Assembly: GCA_945906915.1 (NCBI GenBank)
Contig: CAMDSI010000001.1
Location: 1 to 45,714 of the forward strand
Origin: Spirosoma fluviale
GTDB lineage: Bacteria > Bacteroidota > Bacteroidia > Cytophagales > Spirosomataceae
Direction: 5' to 3'
DNA length: 45,714 bases
Position 1 is the first letter of the stretch. Every line of letters begins with the position of its first letter. A model generated the notes under the pieces. It had not been told where the DNA came from, searched no databases, and was given only the letters and a program-made list of their open reading frames with translations. This document shows, one piece after another, positions 9,440 through 18,893 of this stretch. Position numbers and translations under genes: made by a program.

Positions 9440-10765
9440 TTAAGCCTTCTCCTTAATCCATAAAACACTAATCGAGCCAGCAATAAAGAAGAAGCCAGCG
9501 ACAACAATAGCATACATGGCATTACCTCCATACACATGCTTCACTAGGGAACCACCGATTATGCCACTGACAATTTGGGGTAGCGTGATGAAGAAGTTAA
9601 AGATTCCCATATAAACGCCCATTTTTGACATAGGAATAGAACCCGCTAAAATGGCGTAAGGCATTGCTAATATAGAAGCCCAAGCCATTCCTACACCTAC
9701 CATACTGAAAATCAGCATCTGTGGGTCTGAAATAAAATAGATAGAAATTAATCCTAAACCACCAGCAATAAGCGAAACTGCGTGCGTAGCTTTATTTCCA
9801 ATAGATCGAGCAATGCGTGGTAAAAAGATGGCATAAATAGCAGAAACCGCGCTATATACCCCAAAAATAACACCCACCCAGTTCGCCGCATTCTGAAATT
9901 CTGGTGAACTGTGATCATCCATTGGCAAACCATATACGTGATGAGCGATGGCAGGAGTGGAGAATACCCACATCGAAAATAGTGCGAACCAAGAGAAAAA
10001 TTGAACAACACCTAATTGGCGCATGGTGAAAGGCATCTCTTTGACATAGCGAAAAACTGACCAAATCGTATCTTTCGTTCCTTCTTCCTGAAAACCCATA
10101 GCTTCACGCTCAGCTGGCGAATACTCCTTCGTCGTTGCAATCGTCCATACAATCGCAGTAATAAATACCGCAGCACCTACATAAAAGCTATATAAGACGT
10201 TCTCTGGTATTTGACCGGCAGCGGCAACTTTAGATATTCCAAACCAATTACCCAACATATAAGGCAACCAAGAACCCACAACTGCACCAATACCGATTAA
10301 AAAGGTTTGAATAGAAAAGCCTAAGGTATTCTGCTCTTCCGGCAAATTATCTGCCACCAAAGCTCTAAAAGGCTCCATGGCGACATTAAAGGATGCGTCC
10401 ATCATCATTAGAATACCCGCACCTACCATCATGGGTGGGATAAAATTAGCTAATGCTCCCGCATGGGGAAAAAAGAACAAAGCAGTGGCCGCTAATATAG
10501 CACCCGTTAAAAAGAAAGGTTTTCTTCGACCTAAACCATTCCAAGTACGATCTGAATAAAAACCAATAATAGGTTGAATAAGCATACCCGTTAAAGGCGC
10601 AGCTAACCAAAACCAAGATAATTGTTCAACATCCGCACCAAAATTCTGTAATATCCGCGAGGCATTCCCATTTTGCAGCGCAAAGCCAAACTGAATACCT
10701 AAAAAGCCCACACTCATATTGAATATTTGCCCTAGACTTAATCGTGGTTTGTTGAATGTTTTCAT
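9440..10765 (-). CDS. MFS maltose/maltooligosaccharide transporter (SLC45/SUT-like)
   Basis: About 12 hydrophobic segments, with GIQFGFALQ, SDRT..GRRKPF, MEPFRALVAD and GIFNFFITLPQ. Clustered with GH13 and GH65. Confidence 0.88.
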   Translation of the reverse strand: MKTFNKPRLSLGQIFNMSVGFLGIQFGFALQNGNASRILQNFGADVEQLSWFWLAAPLTGMLIQPIIGFYSDRTWNGLGRRKPFFLTGAILAATALFFFPHAGALANFIPPMMVGAGILMMMDASFNVAMEPFRALVADNLPEEQNTLGFSIQTFLIGIGAVVGSWLPYMLGNWFGISKVAAAGQIPENVLYSFYVGAAVFITAIVWTIATTKEYSPAEREAMGFQEEGTKDTIWSVFRYVKEMPFTMRQLGVVQFFSWFALFSMWVFSTPAIAHHVYGLPMDDHSSPEFQNAANWVGVIFGVYSAVSAIYAIFLPRIARSIGNKATHAVSLIAGGLGLISIYFISDPQMLIFSMVGVGMAWASILAMPYAILAGSIPMSKMGVYMGIFNFFITLPQIVSGIIGGSLVKHVYGGNAMYAIVVAGFFFIAGSISVLWIKEKA

Positions 10766-12528
10766 GGTTTTGTTAGTTTTAAAACGAGCGCAGCATTAGC
10801 CGGAATCTGAATACGATTACCATCTACTAGCGCTGTTATGCTGGCAGGAGGTACGAACGAATGTAAAGTTTTAAGTGAGTAAGATTGAATTCCCATCATA
10901 TTTAAAGCCAATGTTGGTATTTCAATGGAAAAATCATGATTTTCAGAATCAAAATTACAAATAATCAAATTGCGATCCGTCTCTGTATATCGTAAATAAG
11001 CATATACCTTATCCTTAGGGTAGGAGAAATTTTGGGCATATTGTAAATCAAAAAACTTGCCTTTCTGAATAACCAAGCTAGAATTGACCCAAGCTAACAA
11101 GGACGTATAAAACGAATCAATTTCCTTTTCCTCAGCAGCTAGTTTTCCTCCATCAAATTTACCCTCATTTAACCAGCGCTGATGCGTATCCACTCGATAA
11201 AAATCAAACATGGAAGTGCGATCATCTGCTACATTAAATCCTTCGATTTCCTGCGCTTTCTCACCAAACTCTTGACCAAAATAAATCATTATTGGTCCAT
11301 CGTGCATACTAGCCGTCAATACCATGCCAGGAATGGTAGACCAAAAATTATTCGCTGCAAAGGCAGGGGAGTTCAAACGAGTTTCATCGTGGTTCTCTAA
11401 AAAACGAAGCATGTGATTAGCAAAATCCCCTGATTCTTGTTGCCAAACACGGGTAATATCAGCCGTAGTAGCTCCGGCTTTTTTCTCCATTATATGACGA
11501 ATACCATCATATAGACCCACTTTATCATATAAATAATCAAAACCTCCCTTAACTATATAATTACGATACTCGGCCGGATTATAGATCTCTGCGATAAATA
11601 CAACCTCTGGATTAATGGCTTTCACTTTAGGTATGGTATAAGACCAAAACTCTACGGGCACCATCTCCGCCATATCGCAACGGAAACCATCTACTCCTTT
11701 TTGGGTCCAGTAAAGCAATACATTCGTCATTTTTAACCAGGTATCAGGGATAGGATCAAAATGATTTACGTTACCCTGTTGAATATCAACTCCATAGTTC
11801 AATTTAACCGTTTCAAACCAGTCATTAATAGAGGGTTGAGCGGAGAAAACATTATTGCCACTTACTTTAGCCGGAATTTCAATGTAAGGCACCGTAACCG
11901 GAATAGGTGGATTTACACCTGTAGGAATAGTAAACTGTGTACCCGGTAGATAATAGAAGTTATTGGCAGCAGAGAAGGAAATATCTTTATTATCATTTTG
12001 TCCAAAATCGACAACTCCAGCTGGCTTTTGATCTGAAGAATACGCTCTTGCTAAGTGATTTGGCACAAAATCTAAAACTAATTTTAAATCTGAAGCATGG
12101 ATACGATCTAACATATCAGAAAATTCTTGAAGACGCTCAGCAGGCTTATCCGCTAAAAAAGGATTTACATCATAATAATCCTTAATAGCAAAGGGAGAAC
12201 CCGCCCGACCTTTAACAACTTGTGGATGATCTAAAGGGGATCCATGAGAAGAAAAATCTTCCATGGTTGCATGCTCTAAAATTCCTGTTGTATATAAATG
12301 GGAATATCCTTTCTTTTTCAAGGCCTTTAAACCTTTCACTGAAACATCTTTGAATTTAGTGACTCCATTGTCCGCAGCAGAACCATTTCTCTTTACCTCT
12401 GTCTGCTGATTTCCCCAAAGATGAAACATCATTTGATATACAACAAGCTTATCTGTTTTCATTGCTTTTTGAGCCATAAGAGGATGGAATAGGGCGGCGG
12501 TTAGTAGAACTAAGTAAAATTTACGCAT
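10762..12528 (-). CDS. Secreted alpha-amylase family glycoside hydrolase (GH13)
   Basis: Signal peptide; DFVPNH, GFRCDMAE (nucleophile Asp), IAEIY (acid/base Glu) and FLENHDE. Confidence 0.9.
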   Translation of the reverse strand: MRKFYLVLLTAALFHPLMAQKAMKTDKLVVYQMMFHLWGNQQTEVKRNGSAADNGVTKFKDVSVKGLKALKKKGYSHLYTTGILEHATMEDFSSHGSPLDHPQVVKGRAGSPFAIKDYYDVNPFLADKPAERLQEFSDMLDRIHASDLKLVLDFVPNHLARAYSSDQKPAGVVDFGQNDNKDISFSAANNFYYLPGTQFTIPTGVNPPIPVTVPYIEIPAKVSGNNVFSAQPSINDWFETVKLNYGVDIQQGNVNHFDPIPDTWLKMTNVLLYWTQKGVDGFRCDMAEMVPVEFWSYTIPKVKAINPEVVFIAEIYNPAEYRNYIVKGGFDYLYDKVGLYDGIRHIMEKKAGATTADITRVWQQESGDFANHMLRFLENHDETRLNSPAFAANNFWSTIPGMVLTASMHDGPIMIYFGQEFGEKAQEIEGFNVADDRTSMFDFYRVDTHQRWLNEGKFDGGKLAAEEKEIDSFYTSLLAWVNSSLVIQKGKFFDLQYAQNFSYPKDKVYAYLRYTETDRNLIICNFDSENHDFSIEIPTLALNMMGIQSYSLKTLHSFVPPASITALVDGNRIQIPANAALVLKLTKP

Positions 12529-12540
12529 ATTTTTAAAAAT

Positions 12541-12556
12541 AAACTGTCTAGCACAG
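12541..12556. promoter_or_regulatory. Candidate operator AAACTGTCTAGCACAG (maltose locus, copy 1)
   Basis: 14/16 identical to 13277-13292, with a partial dyad CTGT-N5-ACAG. Confidence 0.45.
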
Positions 12557-12569
12557 CAGAAAAAGGTTT

Positions 12570-12597
12570 TTTGGCAGATGTAAATGTAATAATTTTG
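12570..12597 (+). promoter_or_regulatory. Bacteroidota sigmaA promoter for pgmB
   Basis: TTTG at 12570 and TAATTTTG (TAnnTTTG) at 12590-12597. Confidence 0.55.
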
Positions 12598-12626
12598 CTA
12601 ATCTTTAAAACAATCCCTACCTAAAT

Positions 12627-13274
12627 ATGTCTTACAAAGCCTGCCTTTTTGATCTCGATGGAGTTTTAGTCGATACCGCCATTTACCACTTTCAAGCTTG
12701 GAAAATATTAGGGGAAAATTTTAACTACCAATTAAGCGAAGAACAAAACGAGCAACTTAAAGGTGTTTCCCGAGTAGAATCCTTAATTAGAATTCTAAAT
12801 TGGGCTTCCTACACAGCTACGGAAGAACAAAAGGAAATATGGTTAAAAGAGAAAAATGATAACTATTTACAGTTAATCACGCATATGAACCCATCCGAAA
12901 TTCTTCCTGGTGTGGTTGATTTTTTAGGCCAAATAAAAGCAGACGGATATAAAATAGCTTTAGGTTCTGCCAGCAAGAACGCTGAAATTATATTAGAAAA
13001 AACACATCTTACGCCGTGGTTTGATGTAATTATTGACGGAAACAAAGTAAGCAAAAGCAAGCCTGATCCAGAAGTATTTTTAAAAGGGGCGGAAGGTTTA
13101 GGATTATTACCCTCTGAATGTATCGTATTCGAAGATGCGCAAGCTGGTGTGGATGCAGCAATAGCGGGAGGGATGAAGGTAATTGGAATAGGCGAAGCAT
13201 CAGTTTTAGGCGATGCTAACAAGGTAATTCCGAACTTTGTAGGAATTAAATCAGCTGATTTACTAAATTTTTAA
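12627..13274 (+). CDS. pgmB: Beta-phosphoglucomutase
   Basis: HAD motif FDLDGVLVDTA, plus LKGVSR, SASKNA, KPDPE and FEDA. Adjacent to GH65. Confidence 0.93.
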   Translation: MSYKACLFDLDGVLVDTAIYHFQAWKILGENFNYQLSEEQNEQLKGVSRVESLIRILNWASYTATEEQKEIWLKEKNDNYLQLITHMNPSEILPGVVDFLGQIKADGYKIALGSASKNAEIILEKTHLTPWFDVIIDGNKVSKSKPDPEVFLKGAEGLGLLPSECIVFEDAQAGVDAAIAGGMKVIGIGEASVLGDANKVIPNFVGIKSADLLNF

Positions 13275-13276
13275 AG

Positions 13277-13292
13277 AAACAGCCTAGCACAG
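13277..13292. promoter_or_regulatory. Candidate operator AAACAGCCTAGCACAG (maltose locus, copy 2)
   Basis: Near-identical to 12541-12556 and upstream of TATTTTTG (13317-13324). Confidence 0.45.
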
Positions 13293-13355
13293 AAATGTCC
13301 AAAATTTACAATTTTCTATTTTTGTAAGATTGTTTGCAATACCTTATTAAACCGA

Positions 13356-15626
13356 ATGAAGCAATACTTAAAAATAGATGAGTGGAAGGTCATCGAAGAC
13401 CAATTCCATCCCGCCTACAATGAAATAACCGAAAGCATTTTCTCTCTTGGTAATGGTCGGATGGGACAAAGAGGATCTTTTGAAGAAACGTATACGGGTA
13501 AAACATTACAGGGTAATTATGTAGCGGGTATCTACTATCCAGATAAAACTCGCGTAGGTTGGTGGAAGAACGGCTATCCAGAATATTTTGCTAAAGTATT
13601 AAATGCCGCTAATTGGAACGGTCTTACCATCCAAATTGGAGGAGAAGAAGTAGATTTACACACCAGCACCATTCATTCATTTTATCGAGAATTAAACATG
13701 AAGAAGGGATATATCCTTCGAACATGTGACGTTTCACTTACAAATGGTAAACGCCTAGCCATTGAATCCATTCGCTTTAATAGCTTGGCTGATGATGAAT
13801 CAGGCGCTATTTCCTATTCCATTACTCCCTTAAATTTTACTGAAGAAATTCAAGTAAAGGCGTTCATTGATGGAGATATTAAAAATAAGGATTCTAATTA
13901 CGACGAGAAATTCTGGGATGAGGTGAAGGTCGGTTCTCATTTTGTTTGGTCTAAAACAAAGAAAACAGGATTCGAAGTAATTACGGCTCAGCAAATTGAG
14001 ATTCTATCAAACGGGACAAAAGTAGACGCGAAATCTATTTCGAACACTCGAGAAAAATACAGTGAACTTGCCTATACACTTGCAGCAAAACAAGGCGATA
14101 AATTAACTATCATCAAGTATGCGGTTAATATCAGCTCCGAAAATCACCCTACGGAGTCTTTTGAAAAGATAGCCTCCGATTATTTAGCGCGTATTTCTGC
14201 CAAAGGATTTAATCAGATGCTAGCCGAACAAGCAGCAGCCTGGGATAAAAAATGGTCCATCAACGATATCATCATTTCCGGCGATGTTTCAGCTCAACAG
14301 GGTATTCGTTTCAATATTTTCCAAATGAACCAAACCTACACAGGGGAGGACAATCGCTTAAATATTGGACCTAAAGGTTTTACGGGTGAAAAATACGGCG
14401 GATCCACCTATTGGGATACCGAAGCTTATTGCATTCCTTTCTATTTAGGAACAGCACCCGCTAATGTATCTAAAAACCTTTTAATCTACCGTTGGAAACA
14501 ATTAGATCGTGCCATTGAAAACGCTGGTAAATTAGGTTTCTCTAAAGGAGCCGCTCTTTACCCCATGGTCACCATGAACGGAGAAGAATGTCACAACGAG
14601 TGGGAAATCACCTTTGAGGAAATTCACCGTAACGGAGCCATCGCATATGCCATCATGGAATATGTCAATTATACGGACGACCGTAAGCATTTAGTGGAAT
14701 ATGGTTGGGAAGTATTAGTGGGAATAGCTCGTTTTTGGGCTCAGCGAGTCAACTGGTCGCAAGACAAGCAGAAATACGTCATGTTAGGCGTAACTGGACC
14801 AAACGAATATGAAAACAACGTTAACAACAACTGGTATACGAATTACATCGCTACCTGGTGCTTAAAGAATACGTTAGAGGTTTACGAAGAAATTCAAAAG
14901 TCCTATCCTGCAGAAGCTGCTGCTAAGATTGCCTCAACTGCTTTCCAGAAAGAAGAAATTGATCAATTCAAGCATATTATAGCTACTATGTATTTCCCTC
15001 GTGATGAGTCACAAGGAATCTATTTACAGCAGGATGGCTTCTTAGATAAAGTAATTGCGCCTGTAGATGCAATCGCATCCGAAAGACCCATTAATCAAAA
15101 ATGGTCTTGGGATCGCATTCTACGCTCATGCTACATTAAGCAAGCGGACGTTTTACAAGGTATTTACTTCTTTGAAGACGATTTTAGTAAAGAAGAATTA
15201 GAACGTAATTACAATTTCTACGAACCCATTACGGTTCATGAATCCTCCTTAAGCCCTTGTGTTCACAGTATTTTAGCTGCTAGACTAGGGAAAGAGGACA
15301 AATCGTACGAATTCTATACGCGCGCCGCTCGTTTAGATTTAGATGATTATAATAATGATACAGAAGATGGTTGCCATATCACTAGCATGGCGGGCACTTG
15401 GATGTCCATCATAAAAGGTTTTGGAGGAATGCGTCTGAAAGACCATTCCTTACATTTTGATTCATTTTTGCCAAAACAATGGAACGAATTCTCCTTCAAA
15501 ATCAATTTCCGAGCAAATCAATTAAATATTGCTGTTAAAAAGTCAGGAGTGGAAATTACTAACTTGGCTGGACCGGCTTTGACAGTGTTTGTGCATGGGG
15601 AAGCGCGGGTGCTTACTAAAGCATAA
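13356..15626 (+). CDS. GH65 maltose phosphorylase
   Basis: ESIFSLGNG, GPKGFTGEKYGGSTYWDTE, GPNEYE, IKQADV and HESSLS motifs; pgmB is the neighbour. Confidence 0.92.
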   Translation: MKQYLKIDEWKVIEDQFHPAYNEITESIFSLGNGRMGQRGSFEETYTGKTLQGNYVAGIYYPDKTRVGWWKNGYPEYFAKVLNAANWNGLTIQIGGEEVDLHTSTIHSFYRELNMKKGYILRTCDVSLTNGKRLAIESIRFNSLADDESGAISYSITPLNFTEEIQVKAFIDGDIKNKDSNYDEKFWDEVKVGSHFVWSKTKKTGFEVITAQQIEILSNGTKVDAKSISNTREKYSELAYTLAAKQGDKLTIIKYAVNISSENHPTESFEKIASDYLARISAKGFNQMLAEQAAAWDKKWSINDIIISGDVSAQQGIRFNIFQMNQTYTGEDNRLNIGPKGFTGEKYGGSTYWDTEAYCIPFYLGTAPANVSKNLLIYRWKQLDRAIENAGKLGFSKGAALYPMVTMNGEECHNEWEITFEEIHRNGAIAYAIMEYVNYTDDRKHLVEYGWEVLVGIARFWAQRVNWSQDKQKYVMLGVTGPNEYENNVNNNWYTNYIATWCLKNTLEVYEEIQKSYPAEAAAKIASTAFQKEEIDQFKHIIATMYFPRDESQGIYLQQDGFLDKVIAPVDAIASERPINQKWSWDRILRSCYIKQADVLQGIYFFEDDFSKEELERNYNFYEPITVHESSLSPCVHSILAARLGKEDKSYEFYTRAARLDLDDYNNDTEDGCHITSMAGTWMSIIKGFGGMRLKDHSLHFDSFLPKQWNEFSFKINFRANQLNIAVKKSGVEITNLAGPALTVFVHGEARVLTKA

Positions 15627-15638
15627 AGCTTTACAGAA

Positions 15639-15781
15639 AGAATAAAGCACAGAGCATAAAGAATAAAGTTTGTATCGCCTTAGGCGATGAGTATTTGAAA
15701 TGTATTTCACGAATTAATTAAAAAAGGGATCAAATATTGATCCCTTTTTTAATACGAAATTTATTCTTTGTGCTCTGTGCT
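15639..15781. repeat. Intergenic element with 30-bp imperfect inverted repeats built from heptamers, enclosing three hairpins
   Basis: 15646-15675 matches the reverse complement of 15752-15781 at 27/30 positions. Internal hairpins at 15674-15688, 15696-15709 and 15717-15753. Confidence 0.75.
15717..15753. terminator. Bidirectional intrinsic terminator (GH65 / desaturase)
   Basis: Perfect 17-bp inverted repeat ATTAAAAAAGGGATCAA-ATA-TTGATCCCTTTTTTAAT between convergent genes. Confidence 0.85.
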
Positions 15782-16786
15782 CTATACTTTATTTAATAGC
15801 TCCACATCCGGCATCGACTTATCAGTCAACGGAACACCACCCCGTTCTTTGCGGGCGATTCGTGAGTACAAGCCAAGCTCTTGAGAGAAGATAAAAGTAA
15901 AAAACAACTTCACAAAAGAGGTATGGTATTTCAAATTATCATAAAACTCAGGAGCAGCTGCTTTTAATTTAGGCAAATTGTTCCAAGGCACAGATGGCAT
16001 ATCATGGTGTTCATTGTGATAACCCACGTTCATATTAATGCCATTCAAATGACCATAATACGAATAGGTTTCTTGATTCTTATCTAACACTAAAAAATGC
16101 TCTTGAATCCAGCGGGCACCTAAAGGATGCAGACCCACAGAAAAAATGAAACTTAATCCCATATAAGCAAGTGCAGACCATCCCCAGAAATAGACAATAA
16201 CAGCATCAAAAGCTATTTGAGCGATAATATTCATAATAACTGGGCGATCAAAAACGGCTAATTCAATGCAGCGCATAGTTCTGATTCCTTGAAAGAAAGG
16301 AAAGAGCATTAACCAAATCATTTTTCCTATGAAGAAATTATTAATCAGTTTCGCTTCCCAATAATCAGGTAAATCAGCGTCTAATTCATGCACTCCTTGA
16401 AAAGCATGGTGCTTTAAATGGAAATTCTTAAACGAAATCGCTGTAGGGAAAAGGGAGGGAAAATTAGCAATAATGCCGGCAAAAACGTTCCAAGAAGCCT
16501 TTTTGAAAATCAAATTATGTGCTGATTCATGAATACATACAAATAAAGTATGGGTAGGGAAAGCCCCAAAAATCCAAGCTACACCCACAATTGCCCACCA
16601 AGGATAATCCTTTATGAAATAGGCCATGGCTAATTGCATGCCTACACAAGCCAAAATCCAAAAAAAAGTCATCGGATTCTTTCCAATCAATTTCTTCACT
16701 TCTGGATGAGACTTTATGATCGCACGTGTGCGAGCTCTATGTGGTTCTGGGCCTTCAACCCACGTAAAATCTTTTATTTCCGACAT
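15782..16786 (-). CDS. Sphingolipid delta(4)-desaturase/C4-hydroxylase-like membrane desaturase (DEGS/DES1 family)
   Basis: His boxes HESAH, HLKHH and HNEHH. N-terminal DFTWVEGPEPHRARTRAIIKSHPEVKKL and ETYSYYGHLN..NVGYHNEHHDMP mirror eukaryotic DEGS1. Confidence 0.8.
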   Translation of the reverse strand: MSEIKDFTWVEGPEPHRARTRAIIKSHPEVKKLIGKNPMTFFWILACVGMQLAMAYFIKDYPWWAIVGVAWIFGAFPTHTLFVCIHESAHNLIFKKASWNVFAGIIANFPSLFPTAISFKNFHLKHHAFQGVHELDADLPDYWEAKLINNFFIGKMIWLMLFPFFQGIRTMRCIELAVFDRPVIMNIIAQIAFDAVIVYFWGWSALAYMGLSFIFSVGLHPLGARWIQEHFLVLDKNQETYSYYGHLNGINMNVGYHNEHHDMPSVPWNNLPKLKAAAPEFYDNLKYHTSFVKLFFTFIFSQELGLYSRIARKERGGVPLTDKSMPDVELLNKV

Positions 16787-16807
16787 ACTTGTCTATATTG
16801 TAGATTG

Positions 16808-16815
16808 CAAATATA
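16808..16815 (-). promoter_or_regulatory. sigmaA -7 element for the desaturase
   Basis: TATATTTG on the minus strand, 21 nt before the ATG. Confidence 0.55.
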
Positions 16816-16863
16816 CCACATCTCGCCATTTTTTCAGTTCAGAATAAGATTTTAAATTAAAAG

Positions 16864-16915
16864 GTGACAATATGTCACAAAAGCCTTTGGCAATCTACAG
16901 TGGCATATTCCTTGT
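16864..16915 (+). promoter_or_regulatory. dnaK regulatory region: GTGACA-N3-TGTCAC palindrome plus sigma54-like -24/-12 element
   Basis: Palindrome at 16864-16878. TGGCAT-ATTCC-TTGT at 16901-16915 versus consensus TGGCAC-N5-TTGC. Confidence 0.55.
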
Positions 16916-16946
16916 AATAATGCTCTCAAAATATTTTAAAATAATC

Positions 16947-18839
16947 ATGGGAAAAATTATTGGAATTGACTTAGGAACCACCAACTCATGTGTGGCGGTA
17001 ATGGAAGGGAACGAAGCAGTCGTTATTGCAAACTCAGAAGGTAGACGCACGACGCCATCGATCGTTGCATTTTTAGAGAACGGCGAGCGTAAAGTAGGGG
17101 ATCCTGCGAAAAGACAAGCGATTACAAATCCACAGAATACTATTTCATCTGTGAAGCGATTCATGGGTAAAAAATATTCAGAGGTTAGCTCTGAACTAAA
17201 GACGATTTCGTATACGGTAGAACAGGGCAATAATGATACGCCACGTGTTCGCATCGGAGATCGTTTGTATACTCCGCAAGAAATCTCTGCTCAGATTTTG
17301 ACGAAAATGAAGCAGACGGCTGAAGATTATTTAGGCCAAACCGTTACGGAAGCAGTTATTACTGTTCCAGCTTACTTTAACGATGCAGAACGTCAAGCGA
17401 CTAAGGAAGCGGGACAAATTGCGGGTCTTGAAGTAAAGCGTATCATCAACGAACCTACGGCTGCAGCTTTAGCTTATGGCGTAGATAAGGGCGGAAAAGA
17501 TATGAAAATCGCCGTATTCGACTTAGGTGGTGGTACTTTCGACGTATCGGTACTTGAATTAGGAGATGGCGTATTTGAAGTTAAATCAACTGATGGAGAT
17601 ACGCACTTAGGTGGAGACGATTTTGACCAAGTAATCATCAATTGGTTAGCTGAGGAATTTATCGCAGATGAAAATATTGATTTACGTAAAGATCCAATGG
17701 CTTTGCAGCGTTTAAAAGAAGCGGCTGAAAAGGCTAAAATTGAATTAAGCTCAAGCGCGTCGACAGAAATCAACCTACCGTACATTATGCCGGTAGATGG
17801 TATCCCTAAACACTTAGTTCGTTCATTAACCCGTGCTAAATTCGAACAATTAGCAGATAAATTAATTCAACGTACATTAGAGCCTTGTAAGCGTGCTATG
17901 AAAAATGCAGGTTATACGAACGCAGATATCGATGAAGTAATTTTAGTAGGGGGTTCTACGCGTATTCCTCGTATCCAGGAAGAAGTGGAGAAATTCTTTG
18001 GCAAAAAACCTTCTAAAGGAGTTAATCCAGATGAGGTAGTTGCCATCGGAGCCGCTATCCAAGGGGGTGTCTTAACTGGAGAGGTGAAAGATGTCTTATT
18101 ATTAGACGTAACACCACTTTCTTTAGGTATCGAAACGATGGGTGGAGTGTTCACTAAATTGATCGAATCAAACACGACGATTCCTACGAAGAAATCAGAA
18201 ACATTCTCAACGGCTGCAGATAATCAACCTTCCGTAGAACTAAACGTTTTACAAGGGGAACGTCCAATGTCAAAAGATAACCGCTCATTAGGTCGTTTCC
18301 ACTTAGATGGCTTACCGCCAGCACAACGTGGTGTCCCTCAAATCGAAGTAACATTTGATATTGATGCGAACGGTATTTTGCACGTTTCTGCGAAAGACAA
18401 AGGAACTGGTAAGGAACAAAAGATCCGTATCGAAGCGTCCAGCGGTTTAACAGACGAAGATATCGAAAAGATGCGTAATGAAGCGAAAGCGAATGAGGCA
18501 ACTGATAAATTAGAAAAAGATAAAGTTGAAAAAGTAAATCAAGCAGATGCGTTGATTTTCCAATCTGACAAGCAATTGAAAGAATACGGTGAGAAATTAT
18601 CGGAAGGAAATAAAACAGCCATTGAAGGGGCGTTAGCTGAATTAAAAGTGGCTCATGCAGCGCAAGATTTAGCCGGTATCGATGCTGGATTAGAAAAATT
18701 AAACACCGCTTGGACAGCAGCATCTCAAGAGATGTATGCCGCAGGCGCTGAAACAGAAGGTGGAGAACCAGCGCAATCAGCTGATGCAAATGCATCTGAC
18801 GGTGGTGCGGAAGACGTATCTTTTGAAGAAGTAAAATAA
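16947..18839 (+). CDS. dnaK: Molecular chaperone DnaK
   Basis: [17 protein letters not shown] and DLGGGTFD motifs. The true start MGKIIG is at 16947. Confidence 0.98.
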   Translation: MGKIIGIDLGTTNSCVAVMEGNEAVVIANSEGRRTTPSIVAFLENGERKVGDPAKRQAITNPQNTISSVKRFMGKKYSEVSSELKTISYTVEQGNNDTPRVRIGDRLYTPQEISAQILTKMKQTAEDYLGQTVTEAVITVPAYFNDAERQATKEAGQIAGLEVKRIINEPTAAALAYGVDKGGKDMKIAVFDLGGGTFDVSVLELGDGVFEVKSTDGDTHLGGDDFDQVIINWLAEEFIADENIDLRKDPMALQRLKEAAEKAKIELSSSASTEINLPYIMPVDGIPKHLVRSLTRAKFEQLADKLIQRTLEPCKRAMKNAGYTNADIDEVILVGGSTRIPRIQEEVEKFFGKKPSKGVNPDEVVAIGAAIQGGVLTGEVKDVLLLDVTPLSLGIETMGGVFTKLIESNTTIPTKKSETFSTAADNQPSVELNVLQGERPMSKDNRSLGRFHLDGLPPAQRGVPQIEVTFDIDANGILHVSAKDKGTGKEQKIRIEASSGLTDEDIEKMRNEAKANEATDKLEKDKVEKVNQADALIFQSDKQLKEYGEKLSEGNKTAIEGALAELKVAHAAQDLAGIDAGLEKLNTAWTAASQEMYAAGAETEGGEPAQSADANASDGGAEDVSFEEVK

Positions 18840-18855
18840 GCCTAAGCGGTAAACT

Positions 18856-18889
18856 AAAAGCCCGGTCTGTCTAACAGCCGGGCTTTTTT
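18856..18889. terminator. Intrinsic terminator after dnaK (probably bidirectional)
   Basis: AAAAGCCCGG...CCGGGCTTTTTT hairpin between convergent genes. Confidence 0.85.
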
Positions 18890-18893
18890 ATGC

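Noticed and set aside
15639-15781. CRISPR array or tRNA interpretation of the repeat element
   Set aside because: The repeats are inverted rather than direct with spacers, there are no cas genes, and there is no T-loop or acceptor-stem consensus.
16872-16946. N-terminal extensions in the ORF track for dnaK (also thrS, rplY, DUF1460, MalY, TPR protein, menE)
   Set aside because: The extensions overlap promoters, leaders or neighbouring genes, and the conserved N-termini begin at downstream ATGs.
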